From: Octopus sinensis
Lineage: Eukaryota
Assembly (NCBI RefSeq): GCF_006345805.1
Contig: NC_043009.1
Span: 11,594,001-11,658,000, forward strand
Reading direction: 5' to 3'
Length of the DNA: 64,000 nt
Below, one piece after another: positions 14,344 to 26,828 of this stretch. Numbering within the stretch: the first letter of the stretch is position 1; each line of letters starts with the position of its first letter. The notes under the pieces were generated by a model that made no database searches, was not told the DNA's origin, and saw only the letters and a list, made by a program, of their open reading frames with translations. The position numbers and the translations under genes were made by a program.

Positions 14344-14749
14344 GCATATATATATGTGTGACCGTGTGCATTTATGTATGATATTCCTTTACTTTCTAAA
14401 GAGTTCTTATACCTTCTTTACAAATGGAATCATTTTTATTGGTAATCAATTTTTAGTTTCGCAACCTTGATTTTCTAGTTCGATAAAATAAAGTACCAGT
14501 TTAAATACTTGGTTCGAAGTAATCGACTAACCCCTGTCCCTATAACTATTGCTGTCTTTGTGTCAAAATTCGAAAGAATTTGTATTATTACTATTGTTGT
14601 TGTCGTTGAACATTGTTAGTTTTCCTCAAAGTGCACGTACCCAATCATCAAATAAAATGGGCATTGTTTTATGAATTGAGCATATCTTGCAATGAATATT
14701 CTTAGAGGTACGATCTCTGGTAACTATATTCATATGTAATAATAATAAA

Positions 14750-15000
14750 TAAATGCGCCGTTTTTAAAGCCTAGCCAGGCTCATGGGCCCAGTTTCCCGG
14801 TTTCCATGGCGTATGTGTTCCCCAGCTGGACGGGATGCCGGTCTATCGCAGCGTTACTCACTTTTGCCAGCTGAGTGGACTGGAGCAACGTGAAAGGAAG
14901 TGTTTTGCTCAAGAACACAACGCGTCGCCCGGTCCAGGAATCGAAACCACAATCTTACGATCATGATGCTGACACCCTAACCGCTAAGCCACGCCCCTCC
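14750..15000 (-). mobile_element. tRNA-derived SINE family C
   Basis: Near-identical in reverse complement to 58978-59235. Confidence 0.88.
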
Positions 15001-15684
15001 ACATATTCGTATGTAGCGTCCGTAAATATTGAGGTACCCGTCTTCGGCCATGACGAATTATCGTCTTAAAGGGTTTAGTGACTAAACCCTTTAGTCACTA
15101 AACCCTTTAGTGACTAAACCCTTTAAGACGATAAGACGATAAACAGAATATAAATGATATCAGGAGTTAAGTGTATTGGTTAGTGATTCCATAAAATATA
15201 AACTTACTTGTGGATGGCGCCTTATAAGAATTGCAGTTTTTGGTTGGGCGAAGGTTCATGTAGACGTCGCAATTGGGATCAGCTTGTTCGACTAAACTTT
15301 AGTCGAACAAGCTGATCCCAGCTGGTTTTTTAAAAAAACCTGGTACTTATTCTATCGTTGTCCTTTTGACGATGTTGCGTTACGAGGAGGTTAACAAACC
15401 AACACCGGTTGTCAAGCAGTGGAGGGTGGACAAACACAAACATAACGACAGACAAACACACACACACACACACGCATATATATTTATGTGCGTGTGCGTG
15501 CGTGACTGAGTGTGTATATATCTGGCGAGCTTCTTTTAGTTTCCATCAACTACATCCACTCAAAAAGATTTGGTCGGCGGAGCTAAGAGTGGAAGACATC
15601 TGCCGAAAGAGTCATGCTGTGAGATTGAACCCAGAACCATGGGGTTGGAAAGCGTACTTCTTATCACGCAGCCTGCCTGTGCCT

Positions 15685-16105
15685 ATTTCTTTTACTCTTT
15701 TAGTTGTTTCAGTCATTTGACTGCAGCCATGCTGGAGCACCGCCTTTAGTCGAGCAAGTCGACCCCAGGACTTATTCTTTGTAAGCTCAGTACTTATTCT
15801 ATCGGTCGCTTTTGCCGGACAGCTAAGTTACGGGGACACAAACATACCACCATCGGTTGCTAAGCGATGTTGGTGGGGGGGGCGCAAACACAGACACACA
15901 AACATATACACACAGATAAATATATATATATATACATATATACGATGGGCTTCTTTCAGTTTCCGTCTACCAAATCCACCCACAAGGCTTTGGTCGGCCT
16001 GAGGCTATAGTAGAAGACACCTGCCGAAGGTGCCACGCAGTGGGAATGAACCCGGAACCATGTGGTTGTTAAGCAAGCTACTTACCACACAGCCACTCCT
16101 GTGCC
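15685..16105 (-). mobile_element. SINE family A
   Basis: Full body and head motifs. Confidence 0.85.
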
Positions 16106-16969
16106 TATGCTCACAAACGACTTGCATTCTAAACTTTTTTTCCAAATTAATACTTTCCACGTTAAAGTTTTTTCGTCTGTTCGCTTGTTTTTATTTTTCT
16201 CTTCTTTTTGTCTCCCCGATTTATCAGTAATTGATTTTCGTTACAACTATACATCCTTTCTGACAGCCATTTTAAAATTTTCATTTTGCTCTCTTGGTGA
16301 GATGCTATTACATTCCAGATGAGCAGCCAACGTGTTACAGAGTATAAATATAAGGACTTCCTCATATTGCTAGCAAAAAAGCTTTTGGTCTTTTTTTTCT
16401 TTCCGGTGGGTCTCTTGTATTGTTTTTCTTTTCTTTCATAATCGGCACTGTACTATTTTCCCCTCTATTTACTATTTAGCAGTTTATTCTGGTATACTTA
16501 GTAATTCATTGAGTTCTTTAACAGTCTCATAAATACTGATTAGTTATTTCAAGCAGAAAATTGTTGCGGAGTTTGGTAATTCCGGAAGTTTTCTAGTTTA
16601 TAGCAGATTTTATCGTGAATGCCTCACTAGTCACGTAGGGTCTTGCTTGCACTGTTATTGCATTCTTCAGTTCCTTCTCGTATATTACGATCTTTAAATG
16701 GATAGAATGTTTGCTTGTTGTTGTTGCTGCTGTTGCTGCTGCTGTTATTGTTGTTGTTGTGTTGTTGTCATGGCGGCGAGCTGGCAGAATAGATAGCATT
16801 TCATCCGTGCTTGTGTTCTGAGTTGAAACACCACCGAGTACGAATCTTCATCTTTTCGGAGTAGATGAATTAAGTACCAGTTGCGTACTGGGATCGATCT
16901 ATCGACTGGCCTCCCTACCCAAAAAATTTGAGTCTGGTGCCTAGAGTAGAAAAGATTATTATTATTATA

Positions 16970-17430
16970 CAGTAGTTTTATTTTTATAGCGTGCTTTCAC
17001 TTCACTACCGAGCGCAAAGTTTCTCCGTTTCTTTTAGAGACACGTTGTCATCTACTGGTATTGATACATCAATTAGAAAGCATTTTTCCCTTCATGATCT
17101 CTGACAACTATATCTGGTCTGTTGGCCTTGATTTCTCTATCTGTGTGTATTGGCATATCCCAGAGTATGGTTGCTTTCTCGTTTTCTGTGACCTTTTCTG
17201 TTGTGTGCCTATACCATCTTTTTTCTGTTGTTATTCCATAATGTTGGCATAGCTTCTAGTGTATGTAGGTCCCAACTCTGTGGTGTCTGTGAATATATTC
17301 CTTCTTAGCCAGGACTGGGCAGCCAGAGATAATATGATTTATTGTTTCTTGTCCATTTCCACATTCTGCAGTTACTTGTTATGCTTCTTTTCATTATGTT
17401 TTTGGTAATTTCTAGTGTTTGTATGCGTTA

Positions 17431-17432
<2 letters not shown>
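16970..17432 (-). mobile_element. R4/Dong-like non-LTR retrotransposon remnant (zinc knuckle plus RLE endonuclease), internally deleted
   Basis: Across a frameshift and a stop: CRM..NGQETINHIISGC...RPDIVVRD...LIDVSIP..DN...ETEKL. The 3' tail ends in (TAA)n. Dong elements are known to target TAA repeats. Confidence 0.85.
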
Positions 17433-17493
<61 letters not shown>

Positions 17494-17746
17494 CTCTGGG
17501 TTGGAGAGAGCTCTTCTCTATATAGAGAACACTACGAAGTGCTCAAGAGATTTGAAGTTGAGCAGGCAGAGGTGTAAATGTAAAGTCAGACAAGTTAGTC
17601 AAGTCGATTTACACAGAATATTAAATACATTTAATACAAAAACGATGTACATGTGTATGGATATAAAAGAGTCCGACTTAAACAGAATATAAATGATATC
17701 AGGAGTTAAGTGTATTGGTTAGTGATTCCATAAAATATAAACTTAC

Positions 17747-18015
17747 TTGTGGATGGCGCCTTATAAGAATTGCAGTTTTTGGTTGGGCGAAGGTTCATGT
17801 AGACGTCGCAATTGTTAGTTGACCAGAGGCAACAATGATAGTAAGGAATCACATCCCAGACCCAATGAGATAGTTGTGGTACATGGTTTACTTTTGCGTA
17901 AGGATAGGCACCAAAAGCTGCAGCTTTGTCTGGAGTACTGCCATGATGGGAATCTCTGCTGTAAATTAGACTTCCATCTTTACGATAGCAGCATTGGTTC
18001 CCTGCAGCTCTCTTC
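17747..18015 (-). CDS. Mesh/SUSD2-like exon, AMOP domain C-half
   Basis: ttattacag acceptor, GTAAGT donor, 269 nt, phase 2-1. Encodes [10 protein letters not shown]...GSTPDK...[36 protein letters not shown]. Confidence 0.95.
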
Positions 18016-18054
18016 CTGTAATAAAAAATATTTGGTTAACAACATCAATGTCTG

Positions 18055-18088
<34 letters not shown>

Positions 18089-18180
18089 TGTATGTATGTA
18101 TGTATGTATGTATGTATGTATGTATGTATATATGTATGTATGCATGAACATATATATATGTATATATATGTATGTATATG

Positions 18181-18249
<69 letters not shown>

Positions 18250-18254
<5 letters not shown>

Positions 18255-18440
18255 AGAATTCACAAAAAAACATAAGACGAAGACAGGTGGTGTAGACAAC
18301 AAACAGATGTATTAGTATAACGCTCGAGAAGTGAAAAGGTCTTTAACGTTTCGAGCCTATGCTCTTCCACAGAAACGAACACAGAAAGAAACAAGGACAG
18401 AAAACAAAGAATGTATAGTGGCTAGCGATCTATCATGACG
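18250..18440. mobile_element. Penelope-like terminal fragment after (TA)n
   Basis: TA-adjacent, with aacgtttcgagcct...ctcttc resembling PLE ends. Inference only. Confidence 0.35.
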
Positions 18441-18786
18441 AATATTTATGTGAGCATATGAGTGTGTATGTATGTGTGTGTGTGTTTGTATATATATATA
18501 TGTAGGTACTGAGGTATATATATTTCTTCTAGCAAATTAAAAGACTTCGTAGAGGTTCTCTCGTTCGCTCATGTGTTTTTTAAGTGGTTTACTTAGATGA
18601 AGGAAAGATTAGGCTGACTTGAGTCAAAGTAACAACAGCAAACGTTTAAATACAACCTGCTTGTTATCCTCGGAATATTTTCTTTTTACAGATGTTTTCA
18701 ACCAAGCCAATCCTGAGTGAGTAGACAGAGCTATGATTGAATGTATTCCAACCATGACCACCCTGTCGTTCTGAGAAGTATTAATA

Positions 18787-18820
<34 letters not shown>

Positions 18821-18921
18821 AAAATATGAGTCTATGTATATTTTTATTAATATTTAGCAGATGCAACAGAATGTCTCTCGGACCTTGAGTCACTCTGTTA
18901 CCTCTGCTAAATATTAATGTA

Positions 18922-18969
<48 letters not shown>

Positions 18970-18974
18970 GTGTG

Positions 18975-18982
18975 TGTGTGTG

Positions 18983-19053
<71 letters not shown>

Positions 19054-19111
19054 GTATATATATATATATATATAATATATATATATATATAATATATATA
19101 TATATATATAG

Positions 19112-19148
<37 letters not shown>

Positions 19149-19197
19149 ATATGTATATGTATATATATATATGTGTGTGTGTATATATATATGTATG

Positions 19198-19262
<65 letters not shown>

Positions 19263-19290
19263 TATGTATATATATATATGTATGTATTTA
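18975..19290. repeat. Interrupted (TA)n microsatellite
   Basis: Direct reading. Confidence 0.95.
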
Positions 19291-19866
19291 TAAAGAATTA
19301 CTCTATCAGGTGTGTCTTTCGTATTTGTGGACATAAGGATGTAATTTAAAGGAAATTTATTGTCTTTCTTTTTCAGGCCAAAGGACCAAATTTCCTTATC
19401 AGTTAGCAACAACAATTAATCGCATTTTTAAAAAGATTATTGCAAGGAGTATGTGCATAGAACTTTTAATCCCATAGAGATAAGCTAGATACATAAATTC
19501 ACTCGAATTACGTTTAACATATGTAACTTGCGTCTAAATCTTATGTGATTCTTGACAAAAATATCAAGAATATAGCCCGCTGAATCTGCAAGAGAAGGTC
19601 TCTAAATACCCGTTTGATCTGCTGAAGGTAACAGCGGAATCATTCTCAGATGACAGTTTACTGTCTTGAGAATAATAAGGCGCTTTGGGCAATTTGGTCT
19701 TGATGCTCGATACTGTAGTAAAGCATGAATCCTGATGATTAAAAACTCATTGCTGATATATCTGCTTCATCAGGGCAAATTTCGATTTCCTATGAGAATC
19801 ATTTCTGATGACATTGTAAATCAATTAGCATAAATTCTCATTTTTCCATCCCACATAAATTTAATG

Positions 19867-20375
19867 TGGAGGCGCGTGGCTTAGTGGTTAGGGTGTTGAA
19901 CTCATGATCGTAAGGTTGTGGTTTCGAATCCTGGACCGGGTGATGCGTTGTGTTCTTGAGCAAAACACTTCATTTCACGTTGCTCCAGTCCATTCAGCTG
20001 GCAAAAATGCGTAATCCTGCGACGGACCGGCGGAGAATTTCTACGCCACTGAAACCGGGGAACCAGCCCTTATGAGCCTGGCATGGCTCGAGAAGGGACA
20101 TTTATTTAGCGGAGGCGCGTGGCTTAGTGGTTAGGGTGTCAGCATCATGATCGTAAGATTGTGGTTTCGATTCCTGGACCGGGCGACGCGTTGTGTTCTT
20201 GGGCAAAACACTTCATTTCACGTTGCTCCAGTCCACCCTGCTGGCAAAAATGAGTAACGCTGCGATGAACTGGCGTCCCGTCCAGCTGGAGAACACATAC
20301 GCCATTGAAACCGAGAAACTGGGCCCATGAGCCTGGCTAGGCTTTAAAAGGGTGCATTTATTATTACTTTATTTT
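19867..20375 (+). mobile_element. Head-to-tail dimer of SINE family C
   Basis: Two ggaggcgcgtggcttagtgg heads. Outer 14-bp TSD acataaatttaatg. Confidence 0.88.
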
Positions 20376-20431
20376 ACATAAATTTAATGCCTCGTACTCA
20401 AATGTAGTAATCAGAAAATTAAATTACTTAC

Positions 20432-20713
20432 GTTGGACAGGTTGATTTCACGCAGTGGACTGCTCCTTCGTGGAAACGACATTTAGAATTCGAAAATATA
20501 TTGCAACTGGGTTGGGTCAACCAACGGCCGAAGTCTGCTAGTGCTTGGTCCAAGTTACATGGGCACGGAATCAAATGGTCAAGCCAGTCTCTGTTGTAAC
20601 TTACATCATTTTTCATCAATTCACATTTATTCGATGCCCAGTTTGCGCCAATTTTTCGACGTAAAGTAGGAGCTATATACCATCCTAGGGGAATTATTTT
20701 AGAGTTTAAGAAC
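20432..20713 (-). CDS. Mesh/SUSD2-like exon, AMOP domain N-half
   Basis: ttctag acceptor, GTAAGT donor, 282 nt, phase 2-2. Encodes IIPLGWY...WASNKC...PCPCNLDQALADFGR...CRFHEGAVHCVKS. Confidence 0.95.
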
Positions 20714-20829
20714 CTAGAATATATTTAAAAAAAAGTAAAACAAGATAATTAAAATAAAATAAAAGATGTCATACAAACAGTAATTACTTAAGCACATTCG
20801 AGATGCATTATATGTATATATGCATGTGT

Positions 20830-21111
20830 GCATACATACATGCATATGCACCTAAGTGCGGCTCATAAACTCCTCTTTATACATTTTCTTCAACTCTGCG
20901 AAGGCCTCTGAGCAGGTATTACCTTGACAACTTGCACTATCATAGTCAATGCGACAATCTCACGCTACACACGTTCCTTCCAAGCACTGGCGTAAGCAGC
21001 AAAAGCGAGCTAGAACATTGAAATTTAGCGCACATGCACAGGCGGCTTTACTCTTCATGTTTTAGCTTTGTTACTATTGCAATAGTCCGGATACTTATTG
21101 ATCAGATTTCG

Positions 21112-21113
<2 letters not shown>
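20830..21113 (-). mobile_element. Mariner 5' end remnant
   Basis: TIR tacgaaatctgatcaataagtatccggac followed by GNTCSEAFAELKKMYKEEFMSRT*V, resembling the mariner N-terminal HTH. Confidence 0.75.
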
Positions 21114-21201
<88 letters not shown>

Positions 21202-21203
<2 letters not shown>

Positions 21204-21568
21204 CAATTAAGGGTTTAGCAACGAATTGCCTCACCACACACCGAATTTAGAAATAGCAGTCAAAGTGTTATAGCTATTCTTTCTACTAAAAGGGAGATCT
21301 CAGTAAAAACACAGCACTTGAAAGGCAAACACATTATCTAATTCTTATGCTTTCCTAAAACTTAATTTCGAAACGTACGTCCGTAGGTGACTTAAAATTA
21401 GATAGATTGCCGTCATTTCATTCTCTCTTACTTGTCTGTGTTTGCCTTTCAAGTGCTGTGTTTTTACTGAGATCTCCCTTTTAGTAGAAAGAATAGCTAT
21501 AACTCTTTGACTGCTATTTCTAAATTCGGTGTGTGGTGAGGCAATTCGTTGCTAAACCCTTAATTGCT
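21202..21568. mobile_element. Fold-back MITE with 132-bp TIRs
   Basis: Arms 21202-21333 and 21437-21568 with one mismatch seen; 103-bp spacer; TA flanks. Confidence 0.85.
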
Positions 21569-21674
21569 TAGTATTACTTAAATTTTCCTCGAATGAGGCT
21601 TTTACATGCCGAAATCTACTTGGTGTAATTAATAATTATTCCAAATTAATTAATTTCACCCTATATTGTTACTG

Positions 21675-21711
<37 letters not shown>

Positions 21712-21814
21712 GAGGTATGATCAATATAAATATATAAATTTAAACTGAGGGTGAGAAATTAGATATTTAATTAACATCGATTTCCCACCAGTGGTCTAAC
21801 ATATAAAAAAACTG

Positions 21815-21862
<48 letters not shown>

Positions 21863-22384
21863 TATATAATTACTTGGAAAAGGATGTGTGGCGTTCGATC
21901 ATGTAATAATATAAATAATATATAAATATATGCATATATACATACATATATGTAAATGCCTACATCTATATGTATATATACATGCATATATGGGTACAGG
22001 ACATCAAATTTTATCTAATTTGCTTTGCGGGAAGGACTATTTCTAGGAAGTCGCGTCTTGTCCTTACCTTATGTTTTCGTTATTATTGTTCACTGATATT
22101 TTTTCCTATCTTGTCTGTAATAGATTTGTGACTTTTCGGTGGTACAGAAGTATTTTGTGACTTCTATCATTAGCGATATAGGTACTCATTTAGTACCCTT
22201 ATGTATATATGTACATATCTAACATTGTATGTATATATTTTATTGATTTGCCTGTACGGCTAATAATTCGCTTACCACTTGTGATGGTATTTTAATAATA
22301 CCATCCCTGTATTTATATATATATATACTCTTATACGCTCATACCTAAGTGGTGCTTAAATCTACGCAAAATAGAATAACTTAC

Positions 22385-22548
22385 ACATGAGTGTTTGCTT
22401 TCGATATGTTTGTAAGCTCAACTTCTATGAGCCCTATTTCATAATCGCAATCAGATCCTTTACAGGAATATTTGCTGGGATTAAACTCCAACCGGCTTTC
22501 GTACAATTTGTGGTTCTTCTTGATGGTTGCGAGCTTCTTGTATTGTGG
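22385..22548 (-). CDS. Mesh/SUSD2-like exon, linker before AMOP
   Basis: tttgtag acceptor, GTAAGT donor, 164 nt, phase 0-2. Encodes PQYKKLATIKK...CKGSDCDYEIGLIEVELTN. Phases match both neighbouring exons. Confidence 0.85.
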
Positions 22549-22851
22549 CTACAAATATGAAAAGAACGATATTATCAAATAAAATGCTTTGTTCAATGAT
22601 TTTCTTTTGATCATTTAAGACCACGTCACATTTCTGTGAGAGAATAAATTCTATGGCGTTCATATTTTCTAAAAGACATTAGCAACATCTGCCAAAATAG
22701 TGTAAATACAGTAACGTTTCGATTTAATGGATCAAGAAGGGTGAGAACTATTCCTTAATGCTAGAAGTTCGTTAATTCCTTTCGGCTTCAATAAAATAAG
22801 TACCAGTTAAGCACTAGGTCGATATAATTGACTAGTCTCCTCCCTCGAAAA

Positions 22852-22899
<48 letters not shown>

Positions 22900-23034
22900 C
22901 ATCATTATTATTATTATCATCATTATTATTATTATCATTATTATTATTATTATTATCATATTATTATTATCATCATTATATTATTATCATTATTATTATT
23001 ATTATTATCATCATCATCATCATCATCATCATCA

Positions 23035-23109
<75 letters not shown>

Positions 23110-23126
23110 CATCATTATTATTATTA

Positions 23127-23166
<40 letters not shown>

Positions 23167-23257
23167 CATTATATTATTATTACTATCATCATTATTATTA
23201 TTATTATCATTATCATCATCATCATCATCATTTTTATTATTATTATTATTATTATTA

Positions 23258-23297
<40 letters not shown>

Positions 23298-23322
23298 CAT
23301 TATTATTATTATTATTATCATT

Positions 23323-23400
<78 letters not shown>
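22852..23400. repeat. (TAT/CAT)n compound microsatellite, including the Dong tail
   Basis: Direct reading. Confidence 0.95.
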
Positions 23401-23402
<2 letters not shown>

Positions 23403-23403
23403 T

Positions 23404-23722
23404 CAGTAGTTTTATTTTTATAGCGTGCTTTCACTTCACTACCGAGCGCAGCTCTGTGTGCCTCGGGTATGTGCTGTGATTTATTGTGATGCTCTGATGG
23501 TTATTGTATGGAAAGTGTTCTGCGTAGGATGTGTGCAGTGCCTAGTAGTGCAATTTTCTGTATGTTATATGTGTTTGTAAGTCCTGGTGTTTTTGTTATG
23601 TATTTGTCTGAATATTTTTTATCATGCCTAATGCACCTACTATGATAGGAATTGTTTCTGTTTTTAGATTCCACATTCTGGTTACCTCTATTTCCAGGTC
23701 TTTGTATTTTGAAAGTTTCTCC
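23404..23722 (-). mobile_element. 5'-truncated R4/Dong-like retrotransposon 3' end in an (ATT)n tract
   Basis: EKLSKYKDLEIEVTRMWNLKTETIPIIVGALG...IQKIALLGTAHILRRTLSIQ* plus the same 3' tail as 16970-17015. Confidence 0.88.
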
Positions 23723-23799
23723 ATTATTATTATTATTATTATTATTAATATTATTATTATTATTATTATTATTATATTATTATTATTATTATTATTATT

Positions 23800-24345
23800 A
23801 AGTGAGAGAGCAGCTCATGCCATCAAAGGGTCGTTGGGGTGCAAATATACGAAACCTAATATACCCATCATGACTACCCGTCTGATAAGGGTATATCAGG
23901 CACATGCATCACAACCATATGTGTGTGACATGGTGGGTGAACTCATATCAAGATAAAAAGCACATCACCATGCAGGCGGGGGGGGGTCCAGTTAAAATTT
24001 TCTTCAGGTCAAGTAGCCCATCCTACTCAAAAGGTGCCTGAATAAGGTTTCTTTAAAGATAATGAACGAAACACCCATGTTTCCAGAAGTGTATTATCCA
24101 AGCCCCAACGAATTCATTGCAACACATGGCTATGATGCTCCCCCACTACTTCTGCTCGAGATCAGAGATGCACATATATAATCAGGCACTAAGGGATATG
24201 CTCAAGTGGTTAAGGACAAGCAACTGATATCCAAATTTGTGGTACTGAGCAGAATATTTGCTATAGCCCTTTTTTTATACCATGAGAAAACATGTACATG
24301 ATAACACTTTCAATCAGTTAAGATCAAAAGCCATGAGAGACACTG
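23800..24345. repeat. Unclassified interspersed repeat of about 545 bp
   Basis: Partial inverted copy at about 32700-32820 and 33070-33140. Confidence 0.6.
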
Positions 24346-24632
24346 TCTTATTATTTGTAAGGCAGTGAGCTGGCCGGATCGTTAGCTGACCGGATCGTTA
24401 GCATGCCGGGCGAAATGCTTAGCGGCATTTCGTCCCTCTTTACGTTCTGAGTTCAAATTCTGCCGTGGTCGGCTTTGCTTTTCACGCTTTCGGGGTCGAG
24501 TAAATAAGTACCAGTTACGCACTGGAGTCGATGTAATCGACTTAATCCCTTTCCTTAAATTTGAGGCCTTGTGCTTCCACTAGAAAGAATTGCTATTATT
24601 ATTATTATTATTATTATTATTACTACTGCTAT

Positions 24633-24673
<41 letters not shown>

Positions 24674-25474
24674 TTATTATTATTATATTATTATATTATT
24701 ATTATTATTATTATTATTATTATCATTATTCCTCTCGTTGAATCTGAAGTCCTTTAAAGCAAGTTTACTGTTGCTATAATTGTAAAAGTAAAACCAAAAC
24801 CGTACACTCCGGAGAAAGGTGTCCTACGTCGACAAATAAGAATTCAAGGGAATAAATCTTATGGGATGAGAAAAGGGAAGTCGTAAGTTTCGAGTCGACG
24901 GCTTGCCGAAATATTAAAGAAAAGAGAAAAACAGCGGGTTGAAAGCAGAAGAGAGGGAGTGAGAGGGAAAGGAGAAAGAGGGGTAGAATTCCAAGGAATG
25001 CCTTAATAGACACAATCAGTTTATTTGGAAACCCAACTTGAAGGAGTGAAATCGCATTCATAAATAAGCTACTCGCAAAATTATAAGACGGACATTGATT
25101 AGGGATGACAGAATAACTGAATAAAGGAATAATATTTAATAACAAGTATAAGAGAACGAAATTTGAATTAGAAATTTAGAAAACACCCGAAAATGTACAA
25201 AGGTGAAACAACGATAAGAGTACCAGATTCAAAATGATAAATCATCCGACAAATTTTAGTTAGTGTACTCAGATATTCTGAACATGTGAAAGCTATTGAC
25301 CTGTCATAGACATTGTACAGTAAACTTCGTCATACCTCTTTACTCTAAGTAACTCAATCAATTTTCTGAATTGTTGTCTGATAAATGACTTTAACTGATA
25401 CCTTGCTTCGAAATTCAAGCAACTACATCGTGGGCAGAGAAACTTTCTACTTAATAACACTCACAGCAATATAA

Positions 25475-25868
25475 TCTATATAATCTATATATATAAAGCT
25501 GAAGTTGTCTGTGTGTGTGTGTGGCAGGTTTGGTAGCCTTCAACTAACACTCTCTCCTCCGAGACCTTGCGGCGCAAGTTGACCAAAATTGAGAGTATGA
25601 TAGAAGAAGGCTTGCTCTTCATTCCGTAGAAGATAAAATTCAAATCGGACCATTTTAACACCAAAAATTATTTACATCAAAAAGGTGCTTTTTTTTCTAT
25701 GAAAATCCCTATTTTTACGATTTTTGACTGCTGTGTCGCCACTTTTCGGTGTATTTCAACCAGAAAAATGTTCACGACCAAGCTACATAATGCAAAATTT
25801 TTACTTTTCGAAAATTCCAATTCTATTGAGTCGAAACAAACCCGAGCAACGCCGGGTGATACTGCTAC
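25475..25868 (+). mobile_element. Non-autonomous Helitron
   Basis: Starts TCTATATA; ends with the acccgagcaacgccgggt hairpin then gctac (CTAG mutated). Confidence 0.75.
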
Positions 25869-26629
25869 TTCTCAATAAATTTAAATCCATTTCATTAGGT
25901 ATCAAAATTGTTCATTACTGAACCATTTATCCGACTTCCACAAAAATTCGGGAATACTGTACAATATTATGCAGTATACTGTGCCTCCTACTCAATAAAC
26001 AGATCCTGTTTCTTTGAAGTTCTTTATTCTGCATTCTGTGTGTTAAAAATATTTTTTTTTTAAACTTTTTTGTGGATTGATAAAGTTTAACAATAACCAT
26101 AGGAGTGGCTGTGTCGTAAGTAGCTTGCTTACGAACCACATGGTTCCGGGTTCAGTCCCACTGCGTGGTACCTTGGGCAAGTGTCCTCTACTATAGCCTC
26201 CGGCCGACCAAAGCCTTGTGAGAGAATATTAATATACATTTAATGGACCATCTACAACGTTGCAGAGCCAAGCTCTATTTTCTCTAACCATTATTTGCAA
26301 ATAACTGTTTTTCTAATGGAGATAACGGTTTTAAGCATTTCGAAGGGAGATAACCTATGGTATGTTCTCTCCAAATAAAAATGTGCAACGTAAATGCATA
26401 AAGATGGCTGAAGTGGTTGCTAGAATTGCAAGGCACTGGCACAGAAGTGTGCCAGTTCCAGAATTCGATCCTCAGAAGAGGTTGCTGAAAATGCCAGACT
26501 CATTAGCCCCCAATTCGCTTTTCGTACTTATCTTCACCTGGGGTCGTGAACATTTACTAATGATCGAATAAGTACAATCGCAAAAAATAAGAAAAGAAAA
26601 AAGAAAAACGCAAGAAAAACAAGCAAAAC

Positions 26630-26757
26630 AGATTCTTCATGCCGAGCCAACTGGCAAGAGACGGATTGGGTAGACCAACATCGAGATAGTTGGATGAAAT
26701 CCATATTCCTTGGGAATCCAACCGAAAATCTAACGATGGTTGCTTCTCATGTAATGC

Positions 26758-26760
<3 letters not shown>
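26630..26760 (+). mobile_element. Short degenerate RTE-like LINE C-terminal fragment
   Basis: Frameshifted EPTGKRRIG-PTSR*LDEI resembles GKR.RGRP..RW.D.I. Ends in (ATT)n. Confidence 0.35.

Positions 26761-26828
<68 letters not shown>

Noticed and set aside
22481-22663. Track ORF MNAIEFILSQK as an exon
   Set aside because: Wrong frame; the true exon is 22385-22548 in another frame.
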